Shown: positions 10,249-20,069, counted from the stretch's first letter. The stretch: 34,774 nt of DNA from a bacterium (GCA_030626045.1 DAOUPS010000001.1:1-34774); one strand, 5' to 3'. Notes: generated by a model not told the origin, from the letters alone. Numbers and translations: made by a program.

Positions 10249-11193
10249 TTAGTCATTCCTAATGATCTCTTTAACCGAGTACGGAGTTTCTTTCTTAGTC
10301 TGATAGTATGTTTTAACCGATATGTCAACGAGTAGTCCGGAAATAAAAAACTGAATTCCAAGAATTATGAAAAAGATGCCCATAAGAGGCCAGATTCGAT
10401 TGCCAATCGGCAAGCTGTAAAAAACTCTATCAATAAACATCCAAATAAGGAGACCAAACCCAATAAAATTTAAAACTATTCCGACCCCTCCAAACAGATG
10501 AAGAGGCCTATTAGCATATTTCTTCCAAAACCACACCGAAATCAGATCAAGAAGCCCTTTAAGAAGCCGCTTATAATTATACTTGGTAACCCCTGAAACA
10601 CGAGATCGATGATTGACTGTGATTTCAGTGATCTTAAAGCCCTGAATTTTGAGCAACGCCGGAATAAATCTGTGTATTTCTCCATACAGATCAACTCCTT
10701 CAAAACATTCAGCGCGATACGCTTTCAGAGTGCATCCGCTATCATGAATTGCGTCATTAATAAGCAATTTTCTCAATTGATCCGCTCCGCGGGACAAGAT
10801 CATTTTACTTAACGAGTCTTTCCTGTTCTTTCTCCACCCGGAAACAACATCGTAACCATCGTCCAGCTTTCGTAACAATCTTGGTATGTCAGCCGGATCA
10901 TTCTGCAGATCGCCATCCATCGTTATGATAACTTCTCCCTTCGCTGCCTTGATCCCGGCATCCATTGCCGCCGTCTGCTTGAAATTTTTCCTAAACACAA
11001 TTACTTTTACCGGAGATAATGACCTAAGTTTTTCAAGTGTTTTATCAGTACTGCCATCATCAACAAAAATAATCTCTGCTTCAAGATCGTGCATGCTTAT
11101 AACATCTACTGTTTCCTGGTGCAGCTTTTCAACATTTCCCTCCTCGTTGAATACCGGAATGACAATTGAAATAAATTGTTTAGACGCCTCCAT
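10249..11193 (-). CDS. GT2 glycosyltransferase, polyprenol-phosphate (DPM/ArnC/GtrB-like) type
   Basis: SIVIPVFNEE, VDDGSTD, MDGDLQNDP, GWRKNRKD, HRFIP and two C-terminal TMs. Confidence 0.92.
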   Translation of the reverse strand: MEASKQFISIVIPVFNEEGNVEKLHQETVDVISMHDLEAEIIFVDDGSTDKTLEKLRSLSPVKVIVFRKNFKQTAAMDAGIKAAKGEVIITMDGDLQNDPADIPRLLRKLDDGYDVVSGWRKNRKDSLSKMILSRGADQLRKLLINDAIHDSGCTLKAYRAECFEGVDLYGEIHRFIPALLKIQGFKITEITVNHRSRVSGVTKYNYKRLLKGLLDLISVWFWKKYANRPLHLFGGVGIVLNFIGFGLLIWMFIDRVFYSLPIGNRIWPLMGIFFIILGIQFFISGLLVDISVKTYYQTKKETPYSVKEIIRND

Positions 11194-11220
11194 AATATTG
11201 AATTAAATGGGAACAGTCCC

Positions 11221-12318
11221 TTAACCTCCTCCAATTATCCCGGCCAAAAGGCCGCCCGCTCCGATGACAATATTTATTATCCAAAATCGAACTGTTACTT
11301 TTGTTTCCGGCCAACCTTTAGCTTCGAAATGATGGTGTATTGGAGCCGCTAAAAATACCTTTTTCCCAAAAAACTTTTTAGCAGGAATTTGGATAATCAC
11401 CGAAAGCGATTCCAATACATATATACTTACCAAAAAAGGCAAGATAACAACGGAATTTGTCAGCAAAGCGACAACTCCAAGCGTTGCTCCCAGCGATACT
11501 GCGCCGGTATCACCCATAAAAAACCGAGCCGGATAGAAATTAAACCAGAGAAAAGCCAAAAGCGCCCCGGCAACTACTCCGCAAAAGGCGGCGAGATCCA
11601 TGCGTTCCTGAAAATATGAAATGATTGCGAAAGAAACAAACGCTTGTATTAATATTCCCGTATTTAGTCCGTCCAATCCATCTGTTTCATTGGATGAAAT
11701 TGCTGTTGCAACAATAACAAAAATAGCTAACGGGATATACCAAAAACCTATCTCAAAATTCCCGACTGCCGGAATATGTATTGTTTCCCATCCTAATTTT
11801 GAAAAAAACCACCAAGCTACGATTAATGCTATTAGAAACAACCAAATGAGCCGCCAGGCGAAGCGCATGCCTCCTCCCTTATTTTTTCCGATGCTCCAGA
11901 CACTCATTATATCATCAAAAAGACCCAGCACGGCAGTGGCCGCCAGAGCAAAAAGGGGAAGCCATGTTTGGCTTCTGCTGACAAAATCAAGCCGCCCAAT
12001 CCATACGCACTCAAGCCTTTGAGAAAAATAAGGAGCCATAACACTCATGATACCGGCCAGGATCAGCACAGAACCCCAGATAAGAATGCCGCCCATTGTT
12101 GGCGTTCCGTTTTTATATGCGTGAAGCTTGCTTACAAAAGACAGTTTTTCACCGGAAACCGATGTTTTCTTTATTTTTATGCCCATTCTGTACTTATAAA
12201 GATAATGGGCCAGTAAAGGAGTCAACACCATTGCCAAACCAAAAGAGAACATAGTCAACAGCACCACTTTCGCAATCGCTAAAACCTCAGGAATTGTTTG
12301 TATTTGGGCAATATGCAT
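11221..12318 (-). CDS. mraY: Phospho-N-acetylmuramoyl-pentapeptide transferase
   Basis: GTPTMGG, GLFDD, NETDGLDGL, FMGDTG, APIHHHFE. Confidence 0.95.
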   Translation of the reverse strand: MHIAQIQTIPEVLAIAKVVLLTMFSFGLAMVLTPLLAHYLYKYRMGIKIKKTSVSGEKLSFVSKLHAYKNGTPTMGGILIWGSVLILAGIMSVMAPYFSQRLECVWIGRLDFVSRSQTWLPLFALAATAVLGLFDDIMSVWSIGKNKGGGMRFAWRLIWLFLIALIVAWWFFSKLGWETIHIPAVGNFEIGFWYIPLAIFVIVATAISSNETDGLDGLNTGILIQAFVSFAIISYFQERMDLAAFCGVVAGALLAFLWFNFYPARFFMGDTGAVSLGATLGVVALLTNSVVILPFLVSIYVLESLSVIIQIPAKKFFGKKVFLAAPIHHHFEAKGWPETKVTVRFWIINIVIGAGGLLAGIIGGG

Positions 12319-12328
12319 AAAAATTTGA

Positions 12329-13417
12329 TTACCGCGGCCATGTATACACTGAGAAAACCCAGCTAAATAAATTTTTCATGTCATCCCAGCGATAATTATC
12401 ATCAAGTAGAACAGCGATAACCTTGCGATTCTTATCATCAGGATGATGAGCCACTGACATGAGAGATCTTCCAGCCTCATAAGTAAATCCTGTTTTCCCT
12501 CCTAAACAATTCGGGAGTTGCTCAAGGAGAATATCAGTATTGAATACATGATGGGTATAAAGTCCATCTTGAGAGTAAAAATCTTTTTCTTTCATTTTCA
12601 TCGCGTTCCAAATCTCATCGTATCGCAGTGAATATGCCGCTACACGAGCAATATCATATGCTGTTGAATAACAAGCGCCCGGATCGTTTTCGTCATCCAG
12701 TCCTGAAGGATTACAAAAATGAGTATCCTTCAATCCAAGTTCATTGGCTTTGTCATTCATCATGTCCGCGAACTTATCCTGGCTTCCGGCAATATGATTG
12801 CCAATCATAACCGCTGCGTCATTGGCGCTATTCATAAGCATTGCCTCAAAAAGATGTTTGGCTAATATCTTTTCTCCAACCTGTAACCGCGTTGATACGC
12901 AATAACCGCTTCTGGGACATCCCACTTTTGTTCCATCCACTAAAATACTTTCCTGGTCCATTGTAATGATTTCGCTTTCAAGGTCATCGATCTTTTCAAC
13001 GGCCAGAATGGCAGTCATAATCTTTGTTAAAGAGGCAATTGCTGCCTTACGTTTGCCGTCCTGATAATGAAGAATTGTTCCGGAGTCCGCATCAATCGCA
13101 ATAGCGCTTCTGGCGCGTACATACATATCCCCAAACGAGTTTTCTTTTTTTACCGGTGCATCGGGCTTGACCTCATAGAGTTCTCCTGATATTGAATTCC
13201 CTACGGTTGTGGCTTGTTTTGTGCCTTCTTTTGTTTGTGTTTCCATATTTACCATTGCTTTTTTTCCCTCAGACACACTTTCAACACGAATGCTATTATC
13301 CTCATTTTCCGTGAAATCTTTAGCACTGATAAAATTCGGCAACAGATAATACCAGGCGGTGATTGAACAGACGATAGAAAAAATACTTAGACAATTTACC
13401 CAATTATAGTTTTTCAT
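12329..13417 (-). CDS. D-alanyl-D-alanine carboxypeptidase (peptidase S11)
   Basis: SxxK (ASLTK), SxN (SANDAA) and KTG motifs; N-terminal TM. Confidence 0.92.
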   Translation of the reverse strand: MKNYNWVNCLSIFSIVCSITAWYYLLPNFISAKDFTENEDNSIRVESVSEGKKAMVNMETQTKEGTKQATTVGNSISGELYEVKPDAPVKKENSFGDMYVRARSAIAIDADSGTILHYQDGKRKAAIASLTKIMTAILAVEKIDDLESEIITMDQESILVDGTKVGCPRSGYCVSTRLQVGEKILAKHLFEAMLMNSANDAAVMIGNHIAGSQDKFADMMNDKANELGLKDTHFCNPSGLDDENDPGACYSTAYDIARVAAYSLRYDEIWNAMKMKEKDFYSQDGLYTHHVFNTDILLEQLPNCLGGKTGFTYEAGRSLMSVAHHPDDKNRKVIAVLLDDNYRWDDMKNLFSWVFSVYTWPR

Positions 13418-13994
13418 TTTCCGTGTTTTCGTGATTTTTTAGCATTTGGTTCGTCTCAGATCGAGAAACTTGCGGAATGGCATGCGAATGGAGAATATCA
13501 TAATCCGGCAACTCCCGCACAGATTTAAGCCCCGAATTTTTTAAAAAGTCATAGCTCACCTCATATAAATACGCCCTGTTATCAGTGGGGTTCTCCCCAC
13601 GATCAATTATTCCGCGAATAGCCAAATTCCTTAATGTAAAACTGCAATTCACTCCTCTGATATGTTCTATCTGCATTCTGGTTACCGGACCTCTGTACGC
13701 AATAACTGACAATACCTCAAGCGCCGCTTGCGACAATGGTTCATAAAGCTTTTTATTTAGAAACTTAGCAACGGTTTCTCCGTATTGAGGCGCTGACACT
13801 AGCTGAATTGTATGGCCTTTTCTAAAAATTTGCAACCCTCTCTTTTGGCTTTGAAAATTGGCTTCTAATTTTGAAATTTCTTCTTCAATACTTTTCTTTG
13901 TAGTTTTCAGAAAAGAGGCTAATTTGTGGATCTCTACCGGCTCTCCGGCGGCAAATAAGATCGCTTCTATTTGAGATTGGATATTATTTTCCAT
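13404..13994 (-). CDS. scpB: SMC-Scp complex subunit ScpB
   Basis: IEAILFAAGEP, LSQAALEVLSVIAYRGPVTR..IEHIRGVN, L.ELP. Confidence 0.94.
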   Translation of the reverse strand: MENNIQSQIEAILFAAGEPVEIHKLASFLKTTKKSIEEEISKLEANFQSQKRGLQIFRKGHTIQLVSAPQYGETVAKFLNKKLYEPLSQAALEVLSVIAYRGPVTRMQIEHIRGVNCSFTLRNLAIRGIIDRGENPTDNRAYLYEVSYDFLKNSGLKSVRELPDYDILHSHAIPQVSRSETNQMLKNHENTENEKL

Positions 13995-14772
13995 ATCTTA
14001 TAAATTTATGTAAAAAATTATATATCATAAGAAAAATCCGATTTATCTTGTGTTTCTTAAAATAGTAACGTGAAGAATCATCTTCAAGCTTATCCTTATT
14101 CGCGACAACACTGCCATAATGTAAGACTTCAATACTTGGATCATAAATAATTTCAGCTTTCATGTCTCTTAGTCTCCAACAAAGATCTTCTTCTTCTCTA
14201 TATAGAAAAAAATTCTCGTCGAACCCGTTTGCTCTGCAAAAAGCTTTTCTATTGATCATAAACACGGCACCGGAAACCCACGCGACTTGAGAAATTCTGT
14301 CAACATTTTTCCAGATGCTTCCACCAGCTTTTAAAGCTAGTTTAGGTATTAACCCGCGCAATTCTCCATGATCATAAATTTGTGGTTTTTTCTCTTGAGT
14401 GATTAACTTTGGACCAACGACAACAGCACTATCATTTTTCTTTAGGATGTTAAATAGCCTTGAAATGGTCTTTTCTTGAATAAATCTTAAATCCGGATTT
14501 AAGATCAGGATGATTTTTGATTCAGATTTTTTGGAAAGCAGGTTATGACCGCCCCCAAACCCCAAATTTTTATCAGATTTAAAAAATTTTACATAGCTTT
14601 CCTGATATTCTTTCTCCAAGTCCGACAAATTATCCTTAGAATTATTATCCAACACAACAATTTCATAGGATATATCGCTATCCTTGAGATCTTTAATGGC
14701 ATCGTTGATGCACAAATCCAAATAACTTTTTGTGTTATAGTTTACAATTTGTATCGAGATATCGTATCTCAT
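13984..14772 (-). CDS. GT2 glycosyltransferase (WbbL/RfbF-like)
   Basis: IVNYN, DNNSKD, NLGFGGGHN, LNPD, GFDENFFLYREEEDLCWR. Confidence 0.92.
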   Translation of the reverse strand: MRYDISIQIVNYNTKSYLDLCINDAIKDLKDSDISYEIVVLDNNSKDNLSDLEKEYQESYVKFFKSDKNLGFGGGHNLLSKKSESKIILILNPDLRFIQEKTISRLFNILKKNDSAVVVGPKLITQEKKPQIYDHGELRGLIPKLALKAGGSIWKNVDRISQVAWVSGAVFMINRKAFCRANGFDENFFLYREEEDLCWRLRDMKAEIIYDPSIEVLHYGSVVANKDKLEDDSSRYYFKKHKINRIFLMIYNFLHKFIRYGK

Positions 14773-14781
14773 TCCTGTTTT

Positions 14782-15489
14782 TTATTTCCTTCTCTCAATT
14801 ATTATCTCCCCAAGCAATTTTTCTTGCTTAACACTTATGATCTGCTGTTTCATCATCTCTAACATTGCCAAAAAAGTGACTATGACTTCGATTTTATCTG
14901 ATGCATGAGAAATGGTTTCCTGAAAAGCGACTTTCATTCTTTTTTCTATCGACTGGCCAAGCTGCATAATTTTTTCTTCAATACTAACAACATCTTCCAT
15001 GACATGATGAATAACTTTTTCTTTAGAGGGCACATTCTGTAAAATGTTTGCAAACAGCAAGTGTAATTCTTTTGATGTGATTTTTTGTGAAATAAACGGC
15101 ATATTTTTAAATTGCTCTTCTTTTTTAGAAAATGCCATTTTATTATTTTTTAACAAACCATTGATGTTAGCGGCAGCCTTTTTAAACCGCTGATACTCTT
15201 TTAATCGCTCTTCAAGATCCCTTATATCTTCCTCTTCTTCCTTCGTAAACTCAAATAATGGCAGGAGAGCCCTTGATTTTAATAAAACAAGCTGGGAAGC
15301 AACTGTTAAAAATTCGCTCAAATTTGATAAATTAACGAATTTCTGCGACTCAATAAAAGTGAGATAGCTGTCAGCAACTTCAACAAGTGAAAGCTGTGTT
15401 ATATCAAGCTTTTGTTTTTCAATAAGTTCAAGTAAAAGACAAAGAGGTCCCTCAAAGTGTTGATTTTTTACCGTAAAGTCATTTGGCAC
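14782..15489 (-). CDS. scpA: Segregation/condensation protein A (kleisin)
   Basis: FEGPL.LLL.LI, EFL.VASQL..LKSRALLP, IVTFLAMLEM; GTG start. Confidence 0.93.
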   Translation of the reverse strand: MPNDFTVKNQHFEGPLCLLLELIEKQKLDITQLSLVEVADSYLTFIESQKFVNLSNLSEFLTVASQLVLLKSRALLPLFEFTKEEEEDIRDLEERLKEYQRFKKAAANINGLLKNNKMAFSKKEEQFKNMPFISQKITSKELHLLFANILQNVPSKEKVIHHVMEDVVSIEEKIMQLGQSIEKRMKVAFQETISHASDKIEVIVTFLAMLEMMKQQIISVKQEKLLGEIIIERRK

Positions 15490-15534
15490 TGCTTACTTTT
15501 CTTAAAAATAAATTATAGAAGCGACCCCATCGTC

Positions 15535-16098
15535 TTATTTTTTCTCTGTTTTCGTTTTTGTAAAGCTGCCCTTGATCAAATCCGTTTCAAGTTTTTCATA
15601 CCATTTCGGCATCATTTTTATCGACAGTTCATATTCGCCAGATCCAAGATAAAGATATTTTTGTTTCAGCAACAGCCTGTCAACAAATATCAAAAGTTTT
15701 ATAAGTTTCGAGAAAGGAGGCACGGCCCCGATTTTTCCCCGTATGTTCTTTCTCATCCAAGTTTCTTTGGCCAGTTCGACTTTTTTATAAGCTTTCATTT
15801 TTTTCGCTGCCTTTGAATCACTTTCTTTAACTCTCTTTCTTTCCTTTTTGATCCGATCATTAAGAACTTTTTTGAATTTCACTTTATCCAGATCTTTATT
15901 TGAAGAAAGGAGCGCCAAAATATAGTCTTTGTCAGCTTTTAGAACAAGCGCTTTTACTATTTCAGCCGGCTTAACCTTCGTTTTAGCTGTTGTAGCCGCC
16001 TTATCATGAGCAGTATACGTTGTTTTGTGCTCAACAACTTCATACTTTACTTTCGCTTCATCCAGAATTCTCTCCAGTTTTTTTGATACTTTCGACAT
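15535..16098 (-). CDS. YbaK/EbsC family aminoacyl-tRNA deacylase-like protein
   Basis: H.TTYTA, IVKALVLKAD and GAVPPF motifs, with a Lys-rich insertion. Confidence 0.8.
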   Translation of the reverse strand: MSKVSKKLERILDEAKVKYEVVEHKTTYTAHDKAATTAKTKVKPAEIVKALVLKADKDYILALLSSNKDLDKVKFKKVLNDRIKKERKRVKESDSKAAKKMKAYKKVELAKETWMRKNIRGKIGAVPPFSKLIKLLIFVDRLLLKQKYLYLGSGEYELSIKMMPKWYEKLETDLIKGSFTKTKTEKK

Positions 16099-16184
16099 GT
16101 TTTTAATGTTATTGGTAATAACCTATTAATAAAATCATCTATTCAGAGAGACATTATGTCATACACACCATTACTTATTTATTT

Positions 16185-17351
16185 CTATCTCGTGTCATTA
16201 AGGCGAAAGATAGGAGCTAATGCCGTAAAGATCAAAATGGCCAGCATAAGAAACAGCATTTTCAATGGAAGAACAATCAGAAAAAAGCTACAAAGCGCCA
16301 TCCCAAAAATAAAGGCCACGCTTTTTGTCGTCCTAAAATAATCAATGAATCCAATATCCTTCGCATCAACTTTCTTGTAGAAATAAGTATCTCTCATTAC
16401 CTGGATAATTGATGCGCCAATGCGGGTAATAAACAAAATTATCATCCAAAATATAAGATTAGTACTTGAAAGAAAGCTGATTACTCCTGTCGACAAGGAC
16501 ATAATAATGATCCCAATAATTAGCCATTCTTTTTCTCCTGTCCGCGTATCGGCAATAATACCAAGCGGGATTTGAATGATCACAAACGGAATAAGCATAA
16601 CAGTAATTATTTTCCCGATATCAATCCACGAAAATCCAATGCTCAAAAGATATAACGGAGTAAATACGGACATTACACAATAAAAAAGTTCAAGCATGAG
16701 AGATACATAAAAAATTCTCAAAAGATTTTTCCGTTTTAACATCTTTTTCAAAACAACGCGCACGCTGCAACTTTTTCTGGCGGCGTGGTTAATATTTCCA
16801 TAACTGCCGTAAATGATCGCAGCAGCCACTGCAGTTATTAATGAAGCCAAGATGAACACCGGACCAAAACCAAAGCTTTCCACTGTCCATGCGGCCAGAA
16901 ACGGCCCGAAGAGAAATCCCAGATCCATGAATGTAAGGCTTGTTCCCCTCACTTTTCCTGTTGTATCGTTCTGTGTGAAACTTTCAATAAGAACATCAAG
17001 ACTAGCCCAAATAAGCGCATCACCCACAAGAGACCATACCGCAAAAATAACCGCAAAAACACTATGAGAATAAACTCCCATTACTAGTAATGCCAGCATT
17101 TTCACGATCATAAAGAGCAATAATGTTCTTGCCTTCCCGTGCCTCCTTATTAAATGGTGAAGATTGATGAGAATATAAAAAGAAGCCGCGTAAGCAATGA
17201 AATAGAATATTCCAACATTTTCCGTTCCGGTAAGTTCTTTAATGAAGCTCGAAAGAACATAGATCACCAAGGATAATTGAAACCCCAGCAAAAAAACAAC
17301 AGCACTCAACAAGTATAATTTTTGTTTTCTCTTCCTTTTATTTTTTTTCAT
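16185..17351 (-). CDS. MFS transporter
   Basis: About 12 TMs, GKVRG and GIIADTRTGEK loop motifs. ATG 17351 preferred because the GTG at 17387 lies inside a hairpin. Confidence 0.88.
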   Translation of the reverse strand: MKKNKRKRKQKLYLLSAVVFLLGFQLSLVIYVLSSFIKELTGTENVGIFYFIAYAASFYILINLHHLIRRHGKARTLLLFMIVKMLALLVMGVYSHSVFAVIFAVWSLVGDALIWASLDVLIESFTQNDTTGKVRGTSLTFMDLGFLFGPFLAAWTVESFGFGPVFILASLITAVAAAIIYGSYGNINHAARKSCSVRVVLKKMLKRKNLLRIFYVSLMLELFYCVMSVFTPLYLLSIGFSWIDIGKIITVMLIPFVIIQIPLGIIADTRTGEKEWLIIGIIIMSLSTGVISFLSSTNLIFWMIILFITRIGASIIQVMRDTYFYKKVDAKDIGFIDYFRTTKSVAFIFGMALCSFFLIVLPLKMLFLMLAILIFTALAPIFRLNDTR

Positions 17352-17356
17352 GGTAA

Positions 17357-17490
17357 GGCTAGTAAAACTCCGTGCACTCACGTACACGGTATTTTTTACT
17401 TCTTAGCCGGAGCGGAGCCCCGCACGGAAAGCTCTTTGGGTTTTCCCCTTTATTCACGGACTCACGCCCGGGATTTTCTGGCACGTGAGT
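17357..17490 (-). other. Cluster of GC-rich hairpins (candidate structured RNA or REP/IS200-like relic)
   Basis: CCGTGTAC-GTGA-GTGCACGG inside AGTAAAA/TTTTACT and GGCTA/TAGCC stems; a second GTGA-loop hairpin at 17452-17475. Confidence 0.4.
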
Positions 17491-17520
17491 AAATTAAGCG
17501 CACGCCTCACAAAAATGAAA

Positions 17521-19287
17521 TTATTTTATTTTTAAATGAAGCTCGTCTAACTGTTTTTTTTCGATTTCGTTCGGAGCGTCCATCATCAAATCCCTTCCGT
17601 CACCTGTTTTTGGAAATGCCATCACATCACGAATACTCGATTTATTCATTAGTACCATAAGCATTCTGTCTATTCCCGGAGCAATGCCTCCATGCGGAGG
17701 AGCGCCGTATTCAAACGCTCTTAAGAAATGTTTAAACTGCTTTTTCCTTTCTTCATTAAAGCCAATGAGATCAAATATTTTTTCTTGAGTTTTTTTATCA
17801 TGGATCCTAATGCTCCCGCCGCCAACTTCAAATCCATTAGCAACGATATCATACTGATACGACCGAGCCTTGCCCGGATCAGTATCAAGTAATTTCAAGT
17901 CTTCATCTTTTGGAGCAGTAAACATGTGATGAGCAGGAGCATAATGCTCATTTTCAAGCCTTTCTTCAAACAAAGGACAGTCGACTATGAACGCTAATGC
18001 GATAAGGTCTTCGTCAATTAAATTTAATTTCTGTCCGAGCTTGATCCTAAGATTTCCCAAACTTTCACAAACAATTGCCTTAGTATCAGCTCCGAAAAAA
18101 ATAATGTCTCCTTCTTTTGCTTCTACTTCTCTAACGATCTTTTTTGCCAATTCGCTTCCAAGAAACTTCACGATCGGTGATTTTAAGCCGCCTTTTTCTA
18201 CAATTATATAAGCCAGTCCTTTGGCTCCAAACTTTTTGACATGCTCGGTTAGTCCATTGATTTGAGATCTGCTTAATTTTAAGGCGGATTTTGGAGCGCA
18301 TAACGCCCTTACAACATTTCCACGCTCAACTGTATCCGCAAACACTTTAAATTTACACCCTTTTACAAGTGAAGTTAGGTCTTTTATTTCCATGCCAAAC
18401 CTTAGATCAGGCTTGTCCACTCCGTATTTTAGCATTACCTCATCGTAATTTAAACGTGGCCATGGCTTGGCAAGAAATTTTTTGTCGGGAAACACGCTCT
18501 CAATTGCTCCCGTGAAAAGATCTTCGGTGAGCTTCAAAATGTCATCTTGCTCTACAAAGGACATTTCCATATCCAATTGAGTGAATTCGGGTTGTCTGTC
18601 ACCGCGAGTATCTTCATCACGAAAACATTTCGCTATCTGATAATATTTGTCAACTCCCGAAAGCATAAGCAGCTGTTTATATTGCTGGGGAGATTGCGGA
18701 AGAGCATAAAATTTTCCAGCTTGTAAGCGAGAAGGAACAAGAAAATCACGAGCCCCTTCAGGAGTGCTTTTGGTCAGAACCGGTGTTTCAATTTCAATGA
18801 ACTCTTTTTCGTTCAGATAGGAACGTAAAAAAGAAATGAATTCATGCCGCTTTATCAAAGTTTCAATTGAACTTTTCTTGCGCAAATCTATGTATCTATA
18901 TTCCATTCTGAGTTCTTCTTTGATTTCATCGATCTTTTCCTCCTCCAATTCAAATGGAGGCGTTTTTGCCCTGTTCAGCACTTTCAGTTCGTCCACATCA
19001 ATTTCAATTTCGCCTGAGTTGAGTTTTTTGTTGATCATGTCATTCGGTCTTTTGATAACCGATCCCTTGGCTTCTATAACCCATTCATTCCTTAGCTCGT
19101 CAGCCTGTTTCCAGACTTTTTTATTGGATTCCGGATCAAAACGCAACTGTGTGATCCCATATCTATCACGCAGATCAATAAATATTATTCCTCCATGATC
19201 ACGCCGCGAGTGAACCCACCCCGCGAGTGTTACAGATATTCCAATATTATGAATATCAAGATCGTTGCAAGTGTGCGTTCTTAACAT
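17521..19287 (-). CDS. aspS: Aspartate--tRNA ligase
   Basis: RDHGG..FIDLRD, TPEGARDF, ALPQSPQ, CFRDED.R.DRQPEFTQLD, GAPPHGG.A.G.DR. The RDHGG His is typical of non-discriminating enzymes. Confidence 0.97.
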   Translation of the reverse strand: MLRTHTCNDLDIHNIGISVTLAGWVHSRRDHGGIIFIDLRDRYGITQLRFDPESNKKVWKQADELRNEWVIEAKGSVIKRPNDMINKKLNSGEIEIDVDELKVLNRAKTPPFELEEEKIDEIKEELRMEYRYIDLRKKSSIETLIKRHEFISFLRSYLNEKEFIEIETPVLTKSTPEGARDFLVPSRLQAGKFYALPQSPQQYKQLLMLSGVDKYYQIAKCFRDEDTRGDRQPEFTQLDMEMSFVEQDDILKLTEDLFTGAIESVFPDKKFLAKPWPRLNYDEVMLKYGVDKPDLRFGMEIKDLTSLVKGCKFKVFADTVERGNVVRALCAPKSALKLSRSQINGLTEHVKKFGAKGLAYIIVEKGGLKSPIVKFLGSELAKKIVREVEAKEGDIIFFGADTKAIVCESLGNLRIKLGQKLNLIDEDLIALAFIVDCPLFEERLENEHYAPAHHMFTAPKDEDLKLLDTDPGKARSYQYDIVANGFEVGGGSIRIHDKKTQEKIFDLIGFNEERKKQFKHFLRAFEYGAPPHGGIAPGIDRMLMVLMNKSSIRDVMAFPKTGDGRDLMMDAPNEIEKKQLDELHLKIK

Positions 19288-19479
19288 GCGTTTACTATCA
19301 ACAATTAATTGATTAATTACCTTGAATTACGAAATGGGTTTGTAGCGAGGATTTTGCAGGTGTTTCTTTTGTGGGACTGTTCCCCAATACTTTTTCTGCT
19401 GAAATTCTGAAACTTTGCTGCGAAACGGTACTTGGAAACAGTTCCTTTGATGCCGGCTTGTGATCTTTCGTTTAAACTA

Positions 19480-19878
19480 TCATAATTGCGCTTCTTGATT
19501 TTCATTGGCTTTATTCGACAATATCCTTCCAACTTCTTTGATTATTTCCCTCGGAGTATAATCAGATTTTGTTATGAATCCGTCAGCGCCAAGCTCAGCC
19601 GCTTTTTGTTTATCTTCTGATTGAGATAGATTAGAAAAAATGATGACTTTGATACCTTTAGTATGGGGGTTTCGTTTGATCTTCTTGAGAACCTCAAATC
19701 CATTCTCTTCCGGTAAAATGAGATCCAGCAGCACCAATTCCGGCTTTTTTACTCTAACCTTCTGAATAGCTTCTGTTCCTGTTGATGCTGTTAAAATATC
19801 ATATTTATCATCCAAAAATTTTTTCTGATAGATCTCAAGCAGCATTGGGTCGTCTTCTACAATTAAAACTTTTTTCAT
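19480..19878 (-). CDS. Single-domain response regulator (CheY-like receiver)
   Basis: IVEDD, LLDLILP, conserved S in FSN, GADGFITK; no output domain. Confidence 0.92.
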   Translation of the reverse strand: MKKVLIVEDDPMLLEIYQKKFLDDKYDILTASTGTEAIQKVRVKKPELVLLDLILPEENGFEVLKKIKRNPHTKGIKVIIFSNLSQSEDKQKAAELGADGFITKSDYTPREIIKEVGRILSNKANENQEAQL

Positions 19879-20069
19879 AGATTCAATTTAATTAATCTAA
19901 TTTATTGAACACAAAAGACAACAGGACATATACCAATTAAAATGCCCATAAAAAGGTTAAAATAACACCCTAAGTATACCTAAACATCTTTTTAAATGCA
20001 ACTTGCTTAAAACCGGTCAGGAAATTCTTTTCCCCGCCTATCACCTGCCCTGCCTCTATTAGCAATAGA

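Noticed and set aside
17352..17387. Extended MFS N-terminus from GTG 17387
   Set aside because: Lies within a strong hairpin; ATG 17351 gives a normal basic N-terminus before TM1.
19288..19479. T-box riboswitch upstream of aspS, and the 71-aa ORF 19317..19532
   Set aside because: No GGTGGNACCGCG T-box sequence on the minus strand; the ORF overlaps the response regulator and has no features.
20011..20055. CCGGTCAGG resembling SRP RNA
   Set aside because: Lacks the following CCGGAAGGAAGCAGC domain IV motif.
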